From positions 1,952,001 to 2,016,000 of the forward strand of contig OZ245002.1 in the NCBI GenBank assembly GCA_965223415.1: a stretch of DNA of 64,000 bases, given 5' to 3'. A program made the translations under genes and the position numbers. This document shows positions 51,488 to 64,000 of this stretch, one piece after another. Position 1 is the first letter of the stretch. Each line of letters starts with the position of its first letter. The stretch is from Myxococcota bacterium (GTDB lineage: Bacteria > Myxococcota_A > UBA9160 > UBA6930). The notes below the pieces were generated by a model, which made no database searches, was not told the DNA's origin, and saw only the letters and a program-made list of their open reading frames with translations.

Positions 51488-52666
51488 GTGGCGACCCTCG
51501 ACGAGGTGGCCGCGGAGACGTTAGGCGCCCTTCGCGCTCGGGGCACCCACCGCCGCATGCGCGTGCTCGAGGGCGCCCAGGCGCCGCGTATGTGCGTCGA
51601 CGGCCGGGACGTGCTGCTCTTCGCCGGCAGCAACTACCTCGACCTCGCCCAGCATCCGGAGGTCGTGGACGCCGCGGCGGGCGCCGCCCGGGATCACGGC
51701 GCCGCCGCCGGCGGCTCGCGACTCATCACGGGCAACCTGGCCATCCACGAGGCCCTGGAGGAAGAGCTCGCCGCCTTCTTCGGCAGCGAGGCGGCCCTCG
51801 CCTTCAACACCGGCTACATGGCGAACGTCGGCGTCATCCCCGCCCTGGTCGGCAAAGGCGACGTGGTCGTCTCCGACGCCCTCAACCACGCGTCGATCAT
51901 CGACGGCTGCCGGCTCTCGCAGGCGGCGACGCGCGTCTTCCCCCACGGCGATACGGACGCCCTGGCCAACGTGCTCGCTGAAGCCGAGGGCCGCTTCCGG
52001 CGCGTGCTCGTCGCGGTCGACGGCGTGTACAGCATGGACGGCGACGTGGCTCCCCTCGCCGAGATCCTGGCCCTCGCGAAGCGCCACGGCGCCCTCACCC
52101 TCCTCGACGACGCCCACGGCACGGGCACCCTCGGTGCGACCGGCCGCGGCAGCGCCGAGCATCGCGGCGTGCCAGCGGACGACGTCGACGTGCACATGGG
52201 CACCCTCGGCAAGTCCCTCGGCTCCTTCGGCGCCTTCGTCGTCGGGAGCGCCGCGCTGCGAGAGCTGCTCGTGAACGCCGCGCGCAGCTTCATCTTCTCC
52301 TGCGCGCTGGCACCGCCGGCGGTGGAGGCGGCGCGGGCGGCGCTGCGTGTCGTCCAGCGCGAGCCCTGGCGCCGCGAGCGTCTGCAGGCGAACGCCGTCC
52401 GGCTGCGGGACGGCCTGGCGCGGCACGGCATCTCGACGGCACCCAGCACCACGCACATCGTGCCGGTCGTGCTGGGCGACAACGCGCGCACCATGCGGGT
52501 GTGCGAGCGGCTGCTGGAGCGCGGCTTCTACGCCCAGGGCATCCGCCACCCGTCCGTTCCCGAGGGCACCGCGCGGCTACGCATCACGCCGATGGCCACG
52601 CACAAGGAGACGGAGATCGACGCCCTCGTCGCGGCCGTGGCTGGCGAGACGACGCCTGGCCCATGA
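51488..52666 (+). CDS. bioF: 8-amino-7-oxononanoate synthase
   Basis: SNYL, GGSRL, LNHASIIDG, YSMDGD, DDAHG, GTLGK. Confidence 0.94.
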   Translation: MATLDEVAAETLGALRARGTHRRMRVLEGAQAPRMCVDGRDVLLFAGSNYLDLAQHPEVVDAAAGAARDHGAAAGGSRLITGNLAIHEALEEELAAFFGSEAALAFNTGYMANVGVIPALVGKGDVVVSDALNHASIIDGCRLSQAATRVFPHGDTDALANVLAEAEGRFRRVLVAVDGVYSMDGDVAPLAEILALAKRHGALTLLDDAHGTGTLGATGRGSAEHRGVPADDVDVHMGTLGKSLGSFGAFVVGSAALRELLVNAARSFIFSCALAPPAVEAARAALRVVQREPWRRERLQANAVRLRDGLARHGISTAPSTTHIVPVVLGDNARTMRVCERLLERGFYAQGIRHPSVPEGTARLRITPMATHKETEIDALVAAVAGETTPGP

Positions 52667-53331
52667 GCTGGTTCGTCACCGGTACCGATACCGGCGTCGG
52701 CAAGACCGTCGTGGCCTGCGCCCTGGCCCGGGGCGTCCGCGCCCAGGGGGTCGACGTGGGCGTCATGAAGCCCGCGGAGACCGGTGTCGAGGCCGCAGGG
52801 CCGCTGGACGCGCTGGCCCTGCGCGAAGCCGCCGCCAGCGACGATCCCCTCGAGCTCGTCTGCCCCGAGGCCTTCGCGCTGCCGGCGGCGCCCACCGTCG
52901 CCGCCGCGGCCGAGGGCCGCGAGGTCGACGCCGACGCCATCCGCCGCGCCTGGCACGAGCTCCGCGGCCGCCACGAGCACATGATCGTCGAAGGCGCCGG
53001 CGGCCTGCTCGTGCCGATCTGGAAGGGGGCGACCATGGCCGATCTCGCTTCCGAGCTCGGCCTCCCCCTGGTAGTCGTCGCCCGCGGCGCCCTGGGCACG
53101 ATCAACCACACCCTCCTCACGATCGAGGCGGCCCGGCGCCGGGACCTCGAGATCGCCGGCGTGGTGATCTCCCACGTGACGGGGCGACTGTCCGACGCAG
53201 ACGCCCGCAATCTCGGCGCGCTGCGCGACGAGCTCGGGACACTCCTCCTCGGGGAGGTGCCGCCGCTCGGCGCGGACGTCGACTCCGCGCTGGATCACCT
53301 CGACGTGGCCGGGCTGCTCGGCGAAGGGTGA
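52663..53331 (+). CDS. bioD: Dethiobiotin synthetase
   Basis: FVTGTDTGVGKT, MKP, EGAGGL, LGTINHTLL. Confidence 0.95.
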   Translation: MSWFVTGTDTGVGKTVVACALARGVRAQGVDVGVMKPAETGVEAAGPLDALALREAAASDDPLELVCPEAFALPAAPTVAAAAEGREVDADAIRRAWHELRGRHEHMIVEGAGGLLVPIWKGATMADLASELGLPLVVVARGALGTINHTLLTIEAARRRDLEIAGVVISHVTGRLSDADARNLGALRDELGTLLLGEVPPLGADVDSALDHLDVAGLLGEG

Positions 53332-53352
53332 GCGATCGCCCGGTCTTGCCGC

Positions 53353-54426
53353 CTACGGACAGGGGACGAAAGTCGTCACCAGCTCCGGCTCCGGCAGGGT
53401 CCAGCACTTCCCTGCCGGCTCCCAGGGCGGGCCCGGCCTTCCCGCGCACTCACCCAGGACGGGCAGGATGCGGGTCAGCAGCTCATCCATGTCGGTGAGG
53501 CGGACGACGAGAGGCTCCTCGTCGGGGCCCCGGAAGAAGTCCTCCCAGTGGCCGATCATCACGTGCCGGGGCTCGAGGTCGCGGAGCAGGCCCTCGGGAT
53601 AGTCCCTGGCTTGGGAGAAGCCACCGGCGGTGAGGATGGCGAGGTCCACGCGGCGCTCGGCGAGCAGGGAGCGGGGAACGAAGCCGAGCGGCGGCTGGCT
53701 CGCGGCGTCCTGGACGTGGATGCGGAAGACCGGGCGGTCACCTTCCATGAAGTCGATCAGGAAGGCGAAGGTCTGCCCTTCGACCCAGCCGTAGGCGAAG
53801 TGCGGGAGATGATCCAGCGGCCGCGGCTGGTGGCCGCCGTAGAGCTTGATCGGCCCGACGTGGTTGCCGTGCTCGGAGTGCAGCGCCATCACGCGAACCT
53901 TGCCGCCGGCGTACCGGTGCCACTGCCCCTCGCGCCGCCAGTTGCCGGCATCGGCGTCGAGCGGCCGCACCGCAAGGCGCTCCTCGTGGATCAGGTTCGC
54001 CGCGGTCTGGCTCGCGAGGACCGGGATCCGGTCGTTGGGGTCTCTTCCCTGCTCGAGCGTCTTCACGATGGTCGGCAGGTCCATCAGGTGGTCGTAGTGG
54101 GCGTGGCCGACCAGGATCGCCTCCGGATCGCCCCAGCTCCTGCGGCGACGCTCCGGATCGATGCGGCTCTGGTTGGGCCAGATCGGGAGCAGCGCGAGAC
54201 GCGCGACGCCCGGGTTCGAGTAGAAGGGCGCCGTCAGGATCTCGACGCCGTCGCGCGCGAAGCGGAAGCCCCCGGCGCGGAGGTACTGGACCGTCACCGG
54301 CCGCCCACTCGCACCACACGCGTTCACGGTTCCAGCCTCGTGGGTCACCGCACCTTCCGGCGGCTGGGTGGCACAGGCGGACAGCAGAAGGGCGAGGACC
54401 AGGGAGAGAGCGGGGCGGCGGGGCAC
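53353..54426 (-). CDS. Metallo-beta-lactamase-fold lipoprotein
   Basis: Lipobox LSAC; GHAHYDHLMD; HWEDFF. Confidence 0.82.
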   Translation of the reverse strand: MPRRPALSLVLALLLSACATQPPEGAVTHEAGTVNACGASGRPVTVQYLRAGGFRFARDGVEILTAPFYSNPGVARLALLPIWPNQSRIDPERRRRSWGDPEAILVGHAHYDHLMDLPTIVKTLEQGRDPNDRIPVLASQTAANLIHEERLAVRPLDADAGNWRREGQWHRYAGGKVRVMALHSEHGNHVGPIKLYGGHQPRPLDHLPHFAYGWVEGQTFAFLIDFMEGDRPVFRIHVQDAASQPPLGFVPRSLLAERRVDLAILTAGGFSQARDYPEGLLRDLEPRHVMIGHWEDFFRGPDEEPLVVRLTDMDELLTRILPVLGECAGRPGPPWEPAGKCWTLPEPELVTTFVPCP

Positions 54427-54480
54427 CGCGTCACGATAAACGGGGCAGCGGGTCGTCGCGTCACGATAAACGGGGCGGCG
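54411..54480. repeat. About 2.3 x 30-bp tandem duplication in a divergent promoter region
   Basis: CGCGTCACGATAAACGGGGC at 54427 and 54457. Confidence 0.8.
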
Positions 54481-54543
54481 CCCCGCGTCTCGCCCGAAAC
54501 GGGTCGCTCAAGGCCGGTTTCCGGAGCGCCGATGCGGAGTTGC

Positions 54544-55320
54544 ATGATCTCCCCCAGATCCCTCCGACTGTTTGCGATCGCGTTCGCTTTCTTACTGGCA
54601 ACGCCTCTCGCCGTGCTGGCGCAGAGCTGGGTGCCGGTCGCGGTCGGCAACGCCTGGAGCTACCGCATCTCCCAGACGGCGGAGTACGCGCTGGGCGGCG
54701 AGGCCGTCTCCCGCGAATCGAAGAGCGGCCGCTACAGCCGGGAGATCGTGAAGAGCGGCCGACACTCCCAGGTGCCGGTGCCCGTCTACGTCTTCGAGGA
54801 CGTCCGCAAGTGGAAGGGCGCCGGCGAGGACGACCGCATGAGCAGCCTAGGCGCCGAGCGCGGTGGCGCGTTCCTCGAGTACGCGATGGACCTGGGCGAA
54901 GGCCTGGCGATGCACGACAGCCCGCTCGTCTACGTCCCCGCCTCGGTGAAGGGCGGCCTCGAATGGAAGGTGGGAACGGTCCAGCTCAGCGGCCTGACGG
55001 TGGAGATGCGCGGCGAGATCCTCGGGCTCCAGACCGCCAAAACCCCGGCCGGGCCCTTCGAGCGCTGCCTCAAGGTCCGCTACACCGGCGGCGTCTCGGG
55101 CCTGGTCGAGCTCGAGGACGGCCGGCTGCCGGTCCGCGGAGGCCAGCTCGACGTCCTCCACTGGTTCGCCCCGGGTGTGGGCCTGGTCATGGCCGAGGAG
55201 ACCCTGCGTCTGGACCTCCTCACCGCCCAGGGCACCATGACCAGCACCATGACCGACCGCTACGCCCTGGAGCGCTACGAGGTCGACGGCGCCCCCGCAC
55301 CGGCCCGTCGCGCCCGCTGA
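54544..55320 (+). CDS. Secreted hypothetical protein
   Basis: Signal peptide; PVAVGNAWSY, TPAGPFERCLKV, WFAPGVGLV motifs of a recurrent uncharacterised beta-rich family. Confidence 0.72.
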   Translation: MISPRSLRLFAIAFAFLLATPLAVLAQSWVPVAVGNAWSYRISQTAEYALGGEAVSRESKSGRYSREIVKSGRHSQVPVPVYVFEDVRKWKGAGEDDRMSSLGAERGGAFLEYAMDLGEGLAMHDSPLVYVPASVKGGLEWKVGTVQLSGLTVEMRGEILGLQTAKTPAGPFERCLKVRYTGGVSGLVELEDGRLPVRGGQLDVLHWFAPGVGLVMAEETLRLDLLTAQGTMTSTMTDRYALERYEVDGAPAPARRAR

Positions 55321-55391
55321 GGCCCACTCCGGGCCGGTCCCTGGGGGGATTGCCCCTCAAGCGTATCCCGTGACCGGCCGAAACAGGCCGA

Positions 55392-55967
55392 ATGCCCCAG
55401 TTCGGGACCGACGTCGCGGAAGACCTCGTGCTCATCGAAGTGAAGATGAAGCAGCTCAAGAACGAGTACGAGCAGTACTTCCTGGGCACCCGCAAGCGCG
55501 AGCCCCACATGCTCCGCGGCGAGGTGAACAAGATGATCGTCACCTACACGAACATCCCGCTCAACAACACGGGCCACCGCTTCAAGTTCAACAACCTCCG
55601 CGCCCGCTACTTCGCCTTCAAGCGCCTGTGGGACGACACCCTCCGCAAGATCGAAGAAGGCCGCTACGAGCGACACCTCTTCAAGGCCAATCTCCATGAG
55701 CGCGAGCGCACGGATTCGGTGGAGCGCCGCCGCGACGTCACCGCGCGGGACACCGGCCCGGGCCGCGACGAGCTCTTCGACGCCTACGTCACCGCCCGCG
55801 ACTCCACCGGCCAGGGCTCGAAGGGCATCACCCGCGACAAGCTCGAGAAGGTGCTGGCCAAGCAGGAGGCGGCGATCCGCCAGAAGTTCCGGTGTGAGAA
55901 GGTGAAGTTCCGGGTGGTCGTCGAGGCCGGGAAGGCAAAGGTCAAGGCCACGCCGGTTCGGGCTTGA
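55392..55967 (+). CDS. MXAN_5187 C-terminal-domain-like protein
   Basis: EYEQYFLG...FKFNNL..RY and LFDAYV.AR...FRVVVEAGKAKVKA patterns, recognised from memory. Confidence 0.65.
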   Translation: MPQFGTDVAEDLVLIEVKMKQLKNEYEQYFLGTRKREPHMLRGEVNKMIVTYTNIPLNNTGHRFKFNNLRARYFAFKRLWDDTLRKIEEGRYERHLFKANLHERERTDSVERRRDVTARDTGPGRDELFDAYVTARDSTGQGSKGITRDKLEKVLAKQEAAIRQKFRCEKVKFRVVVEAGKAKVKATPVRA

Positions 55968-55987
55968 GGGCGGTTCTCGTTCGGTAG

Positions 55988-56098
55988 GCCGCTTCGCTTC
56001 TCGGGGCGGATCACGGGGCGGGGGGACGGCCAGCGCTCCATGGCTCGGCCTGCCCCCGCTCCCGGCGACTCCCAAGCCCGCAAGAGAAGCGAAGCGGC
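55988..56098. repeat. About 110-nt hairpin element with perfect 15-bp terminal inverted repeats
   Basis: GCCGCTTCGCTTCTC ... GAGAAGCGAAGCGGC with an internal GC stem; lies between convergent genes. Confidence 0.7.
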
Positions 56099-56514
56099 TA
56101 GCTCTTGAACTTCTCCGACACCGCCACCCGCGCGATCGCCCGGGAGTACGCCTCCTGGTACTCCTCGTAGAGCTCCTCCCCCTCGTCGCTCTGGCGCATC
56201 TCCTCGAGCTGCTTCCTGGCCCGGTCCGCCGCCACCTGCGCCCGCTCGAAGTCGATCTCGTGGGAGAACTCGCAGGTTCCGACCATCACCGTGACGGCGT
56301 TCTCGTGGACCTCCGCGATGCCCTTGGAAACGGCGGCGAGCAGGGTCTCGGAGTTCTGCTGCACCTCCATCTCGCCCGGGCGCAGGCTGGTCATGAAGAC
56401 CTCGTGGCCCTCGAGGATGCCGAAGTCGCCCTCGATGCCGGGCAGCACGACGCTCTCCACCTCGCCCTGGAAGGCCTGGCCCTCGGGCGTCACCACCGTG
56501 AGATCGATCGCCAT
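56098..56514 (-). CDS. atpC: ATP synthase epsilon subunit
   Basis: VVTPEG, LPGIEGDFGILEGH, C-terminal helices. Confidence 0.95.
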   Translation of the reverse strand: MAIDLTVVTPEGQAFQGEVESVVLPGIEGDFGILEGHEVFMTSLRPGEMEVQQNSETLLAAVSKGIAEVHENAVTVMVGTCEFSHEIDFERAQVAADRARKQLEEMRQSDEGEELYEEYQEAYSRAIARVAVSEKFKS

Positions 56515-56516
56515 CG

Positions 56517-58860
<2,344 letters not shown>

Positions 58861-58865
58861 GTCGG

Positions 58866-60410
<1,545 letters not shown>

Positions 60411-60480
60411 GGCTTCTGGGGCTCCGCGTTCGCGGCGCGCTCGGGGCGCCGCGGGGTGGATGGTGGGAAGGGACGGCCGA

Positions 60481-61023
60481 CTAGCCCCTGGCGAGGCTCG
60501 CGCGCAGCTGCTGGAGCTGGCTCTTCAGACTGCCGTCGTAGACGGTGTCGCCGATCTGGGCGACGACGCCGCCCAGCAGGCTCGGATCGATCTCGATCTC
60601 CAGCTCCACGTCGCCGCCGGCGCGGGCGCCGAGGGCACGCTGGAGACGCGAGCGCTGCTCGTCGGTGAGCGGCGCGGCACAGCGCACCTGGGCCTTGGTG
60701 CGCCCGGCGTCGCGATCCGCCAGCTCGCCGAAGGCGGCCTCGATCGCCGCGTAGTCCACGAGCCGCCGCTGGTCGATCAGGAACGAATAGAAGCTGCGCA
60801 GGAGTGCGCTCGCCCCGAGCTTCTCCGCCACCGTGGCCAGCACCGCTCGCCGCTGGCCGGTCGGGTGGAGGGGCTGGAGGAGCACCTCGCGCAGCTCGTC
60901 GTTCTCCTGGAGCAGGCCGCCGAGGGCAGCCAGCTCCCCGCGCACGGCGTCGACGTTGCCGTGCTCCTTGGCGAGCTGGAAGAGCGCCTTCGCATAGCGT
61001 TCGGCGGCGGCGGCCCGTGCCAC
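60481..61023 (-). CDS. atpH: ATP synthase delta subunit
   Basis: [22 protein letters not shown]. Confidence 0.95.
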   Translation of the reverse strand: MARAAAAERYAKALFQLAKEHGNVDAVRGELAALGGLLQENDELREVLLQPLHPTGQRRAVLATVAEKLGASALLRSFYSFLIDQRRLVDYAAIEAAFGELADRDAGRTKAQVRCAAPLTDEQRSRLQRALGARAGGDVELEIEIDPSLLGGVVAQIGDTVYDGSLKSQLQQLRASLARG

Positions 61024-61574
61024 TAGTGCGTCCCTCCCTGCTCGACCTTCTGGATGAATTCGTCGACGAGGCGCAGGCGGTCCTCGTCGTCCACCTGCTC
61101 GGTGAGGATCTTGCCGGCGAGCTCGGTGGCCAGGTCCGCCACCTCGTCGCGCAGGGACACCTTCGCGGCGCGCAGCTCTCGGTCGACCACGGCGCCAGCG
61201 CTGGCGCGAATGCGCTCGGCGGTGGCCTCCGCGTCGGCGACGATGGCTTCGCGCTCCTGCTGGGCGGCCTTGTGGGCGGCGGCGCGGATCGATTCCACCT
61301 CGGTATCGAGCTGGGCGGCGCGCTGGGTCCACTCCTGGAGCTTGCTCTCGGCCTGCTGGAGCAGCTTCTCGGAGCCCTCCAGATTGCCCTGGATCTCGTC
61401 GCGGCGATCGCTCAGGTAGGCGAGCACGGGCTTGCGCGCGAAGTAGACCAGCACGCCCACGAGCAGGACCAGGTTCGCGACCTCCCAGAAGAGGCCCATG
61501 CCTCCTTCGGCCGCGGCGTGGGCCGCGCTGGGAACGAGGGCGAGCCCCGCGAGCGAGAGGGCGACACGCTTCAC
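61023..61574 (-). CDS. atpF: ATP synthase b subunit
   Basis: TM helix plus RKP..YL..R, long coiled coil, RLVDEFI. Confidence 0.92.
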   Translation of the reverse strand: MKRVALSLAGLALVPSAAHAAAEGGMGLFWEVANLVLLVGVLVYFARKPVLAYLSDRRDEIQGNLEGSEKLLQQAESKLQEWTQRAAQLDTEVESIRAAAHKAAQQEREAIVADAEATAERIRASAGAVVDRELRAAKVSLRDEVADLATELAGKILTEQVDDEDRLRLVDEFIQKVEQGGTH

Positions 61575-62140
61575 GACAGGCTCCTTCCGAGCACCCGGCT
61601 GGCGGCCTCGCGGGCGAGCTGCTCCGCCTGGGTGCGCAGCTCCTGGCGCGCGCCGGCCAGCGCCTCGGCCACGCCGCTGCGAGCGCGCTGCACCTCGCTC
61701 TCGGCGTCTCCGCGGGCCGAGGCGGTGACGCGCGATTGCTCGCGGCGCGCCTCCTCGAGCTGACCGCGGCGGTCCTCCTCGGCGAGCTTGCGCGCCTCGG
61801 TGACGGCGACCTGGTACTCGCCGAGCACACGCTCCGCCTCGGCGTCGATCTCCTTCGCCCGGCCGCGCGCTCCCTCGATGCGCCGGTCGCGCTCTTCGAG
61901 GACGCCGAGCAGCGGCTGGAAGAGGAGCTTGTTCGCGGGCCAGATCAGAAGCGTGAAGAAGACGAGGAGCTGGACTTCGAGTGCCTTCCAGGGAGTCTTC
62001 CAGAGCTGCCCGTCGCCGTAGAGAAGATCCTGGACGATTTCGGGGAAGATCACGAGCCCGCCCTCGGCGGCGCCGGCGGCCATCGGAGCCCCCGCCAGGG
62101 CCGCGGCCGTTGCGATCGTCACGATGCGTCTTCGCGTCAT
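61571..62140 (-). CDS. ATP synthase b' subunit
   Basis: QLLVF...NKLLFQPLL.VLEER, coiled coil; first gene of the atp operon. Confidence 0.88.
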   Translation of the reverse strand: MTRRRIVTIATAAALAGAPMAAGAAEGGLVIFPEIVQDLLYGDGQLWKTPWKALEVQLLVFFTLLIWPANKLLFQPLLGVLEERDRRIEGARGRAKEIDAEAERVLGEYQVAVTEARKLAEEDRRGQLEEARREQSRVTASARGDAESEVQRARSGVAEALAGARQELRTQAEQLAREAASRVLGRSLS

Positions 62141-62337
62141 CGCCTCTCTCGAGCTCCTTCCGTCCCGTCCGACCCGTCTGTCCCCGCGGCAGTCCCGGCG
62201 CCGGCGGGGGGCGCCGGCGGCCGTCGTGCTCCCCGGTTCGCGGCCTCCGGGGCGAGGCCAGGGCGGAGACGGGCCCTCTCGGGCCGGTCTCGGGCGGCGC
62301 CAATGCTTGCAAATCCGCCCCGAGTTTCAAGCCGGGA

Positions 62338-62748
62338 TCAGGGCGATTCCGTCGCGGAATCGGGGGCCTGGACGCCCTCCGGGCCGCTGCCGACGGCGTG
62401 CGCGGGGGGCGGCTCCGGCGAGGTGCGGCAGCTCCCCTGGAGAATGCCGCCTTCGGCGACCTTCACTCGGGGCGTGACCAGGTTGCCGACCACCTGCCCG
62501 CTGGGCAGGAGCTCCGCCCGCTCGTGGGCCCAGACCTCTCCCTCCAGCAGGCCCTCGACCACCAGCACGTCCACCTCCACCTGGGCCTGGACGTGGGCGC
62601 CGGGGCCGATCTCGAGCCGTCCGGTGGCGTGGATCGTGCCGGTGATGGTGCCGTCCACCCGGGCGGCGCCCCGAAAGGTGAGCAGCCCGTCGAAGTGGCT
62701 TCCGCTCCCGATCACGGTGGGAGCCGGCTCGTCGCTGGCGATCTTCAG
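62338..62748 (-). CDS. Bactofilin (polymer-forming cytoskeletal protein)
   Basis: TVIGSGSHFDGLLTF.G.ARVDG...V.GNL.TP.V.V.EG..L.G beta-helix; CTG 62748 or GTG 62715 start. Confidence 0.88.
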   Translation of the reverse strand: MKIASDEPAPTVIGSGSHFDGLLTFRGAARVDGTITGTIHATGRLEIGPGAHVQAQVEVDVLVVEGLLEGEVWAHERAELLPSGQVVGNLVTPRVKVAEGGILQGSCRTSPEPPPAHAVGSGPEGVQAPDSATESP

Positions 62749-63671
62749 AAGCGTGACCCTTCCAGGATGGCCTGGCTCAGGCGGTGCAGGTCCTCGGCGT
62801 CGTAGAAGTCGATCTCGATGCGGCCCTGCGAGCCGCTCGCGGTGATGCGCACCTGGGTCTGGAGGCGCTCCCGCAGCGCGTCGATCAGGCCCTGCAGGTT
62901 CGGGTCGGTGCCGGCCGCGGCGCGGGGCCGGGGCTTTCGCCGGCGGGCGGGGCCGGCCGCCTGGCGCGCCAGCTCCTCGGCGCCCCGCACGGAGATCTGC
63001 TCGGCGACGATCCGGTCGCGCAGGTGGTGTCGGCGCTCCGGGTTGCCGACGGCGAGCAGCGCCTTGGCGTGGCCCATGCGCAGGGCGCCGTTCTCCACGT
63101 CGGCCTGGAGCTCGCGGGGCAGCTCGAGGAGCCGCAGATGGTTGGCGACGCTCGAGCGATCGAGGCCCACGCGGCGTCCCACCTCCTCCTGGGTCGCGCC
63201 CTGCTCCTGGAGCGCGCGGAAGGCCAGCGCCAGCTCGATCGGGTTCAGGTCGGCGCGCTGGACGTTCTCGACGAGGGCCACCTCGAGGAGATCCCGCGGC
63301 GCCACGTCCTGCACCGTCGCGGGAAGGGTCTCGAGGCCCGCCAGCCGGCTGGCCCGCCAGCGCCGCTCACCGACGACGAGCTCGTAGGGCGCCGCGCTTC
63401 CCTCCGGCGCACGTCGCACGACGACGGGCTGGAGCACACCGTGGCGACGGACCGAATCGGCCAGACGCTGGAGCTCCTCGTCGTCGAAGACGCGGCGGGG
63501 CTGCTCCGGGTTCGGCGCGATCGCCTCCACTGGAAGCTCCGCCCAGCCGTTGCCGCCGGGTATGACACTGTCCTGTGTCGGAGGCGTCTCCGTCCGCGTC
63601 TCCGCGGGCGGCGGTGCGGCGGGGATGAGCGCGTCGAGTCCGCGTCCGAGTGCGTTCCTGCGTGAAGCCAT
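62745..63671 (-). CDS. parB: Chromosome partitioning protein ParB
   Basis: ALGRGLDAL, NPEQPR, GERRWRA, ENVQRADL, HTH RSSVANHLRLL. Confidence 0.97.
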   Translation of the reverse strand: MASRRNALGRGLDALIPAAPPPAETRTETPPTQDSVIPGGNGWAELPVEAIAPNPEQPRRVFDDEELQRLADSVRRHGVLQPVVVRRAPEGSAAPYELVVGERRWRASRLAGLETLPATVQDVAPRDLLEVALVENVQRADLNPIELALAFRALQEQGATQEEVGRRVGLDRSSVANHLRLLELPRELQADVENGALRMGHAKALLAVGNPERRHHLRDRIVAEQISVRGAEELARQAAGPARRRKPRPRAAAGTDPNLQGLIDALRERLQTQVRITASGSQGRIEIDFYDAEDLHRLSQAILEGSRF

Positions 63672-63682
63672 GGGGTCCTCGC

Positions 63683-64000
63683 TCAGCCCGCCGATTGCAC
63701 GGCGGCCAGGGGAAGGGTCGGTGGCTTGCGCGGCGGACCCGGGTAGCGCCGCATCAGCTCGCCGGCCAGGTCCAGGTAGGCGCGCGCACCCTTGGACGCG
63801 ATGTCGTAGAGCAGGATGGGCTTGCCATGGCTGGGGGCCTCGCTGAGCCGCACGTTGCGCGGAATCACGGTGGCGAAGACCTGATCGCCGAAGTGGGAGC
63901 GCACCTCCTGCTCGACCTGCCGGCTCAGGTTGGCGCGGCGGTCCATCATCGTGAGGACGATGCCTTCGATGCCGAGGGACGGGTGCAGCGCGGTGCGAAC
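63683..64000 (-). CDS. parA: Chromosome partitioning ATPase ParA (5' partial)
   Basis: GIVLTMMD.R.NLS..V, IPRNVRLSEAPSHG; upstream of parB. Confidence 0.93.
   Translation of the reverse strand, partial: VRTALHPSLGIEGIVLTMMDRRANLSRQVEQEVRSHFGDQVFATVIPRNVRLSEAPSHGKPILLYDIASKGARAYLDLAGELMRRYPGPPRKPPTLPLAAVQSAG

Noticed and set aside
54411..54480. Possible mini-CRISPR (20-bp repeat with a 10-bp gap)
   Set aside because: There are only two full copies, the gap is too short and the flanks are similar, so it is a simple tandem duplication.

Overview
This window is a very GC-rich, mostly core-chromosome segment, probably from a Myxococcota/deltaproteobacterial genome. The placement rests on an MXAN_5187-type domain protein, a split ATP synthase operon and parA-parB-bactofilin-atpF'FHAGDC synteny, which also suggests an origin-proximal location. 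From left to right it contains: partial tatC; an accessory cassette of about 8.5 kb (two paralogous membrane proteins, a CxxCH/Ig-repeat secreted protein, a convergent OmpR-type two-component pair, a small secreted protein and an intact IS5-family element); a long minus-strand run (PBP1B, TPR lipoprotein, lspA, transaldolase, IclR, acyl-CoA dehydrogenase, malic enzyme, a three-gene acyl-CoA carboxylase, nucleoside hydrolase); argH-lipoprotein-dapFAB-PP2C facing a zinc-ribbon Ser/Thr kinase; a sigma54 nitrogen locus (glnB-glnA, a stand-alone Fis-type HTH protein, a porin); tRNA-Ala(CGC); usp; an aldolase plus a PfkB-SIS fusion; eno; a BtuCDF-like ABC transporter; comEA; ispB; radA; bioBFD with a BirA-type operator; and the ATP synthase and par genes. 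The most interesting candidates are a possible Kdo/pentose salvage pathway (aldolase plus kinase-isomerase fusion), the heme/Ig two-component cassette, a divergent sigma54 circuit with a truncated enhancer-binding-protein HTH, two perfect 33-34 bp-arm palindromes, and recurrent CTG and leaderless initiation. All assignments come from reading motifs by eye; no database search was run.
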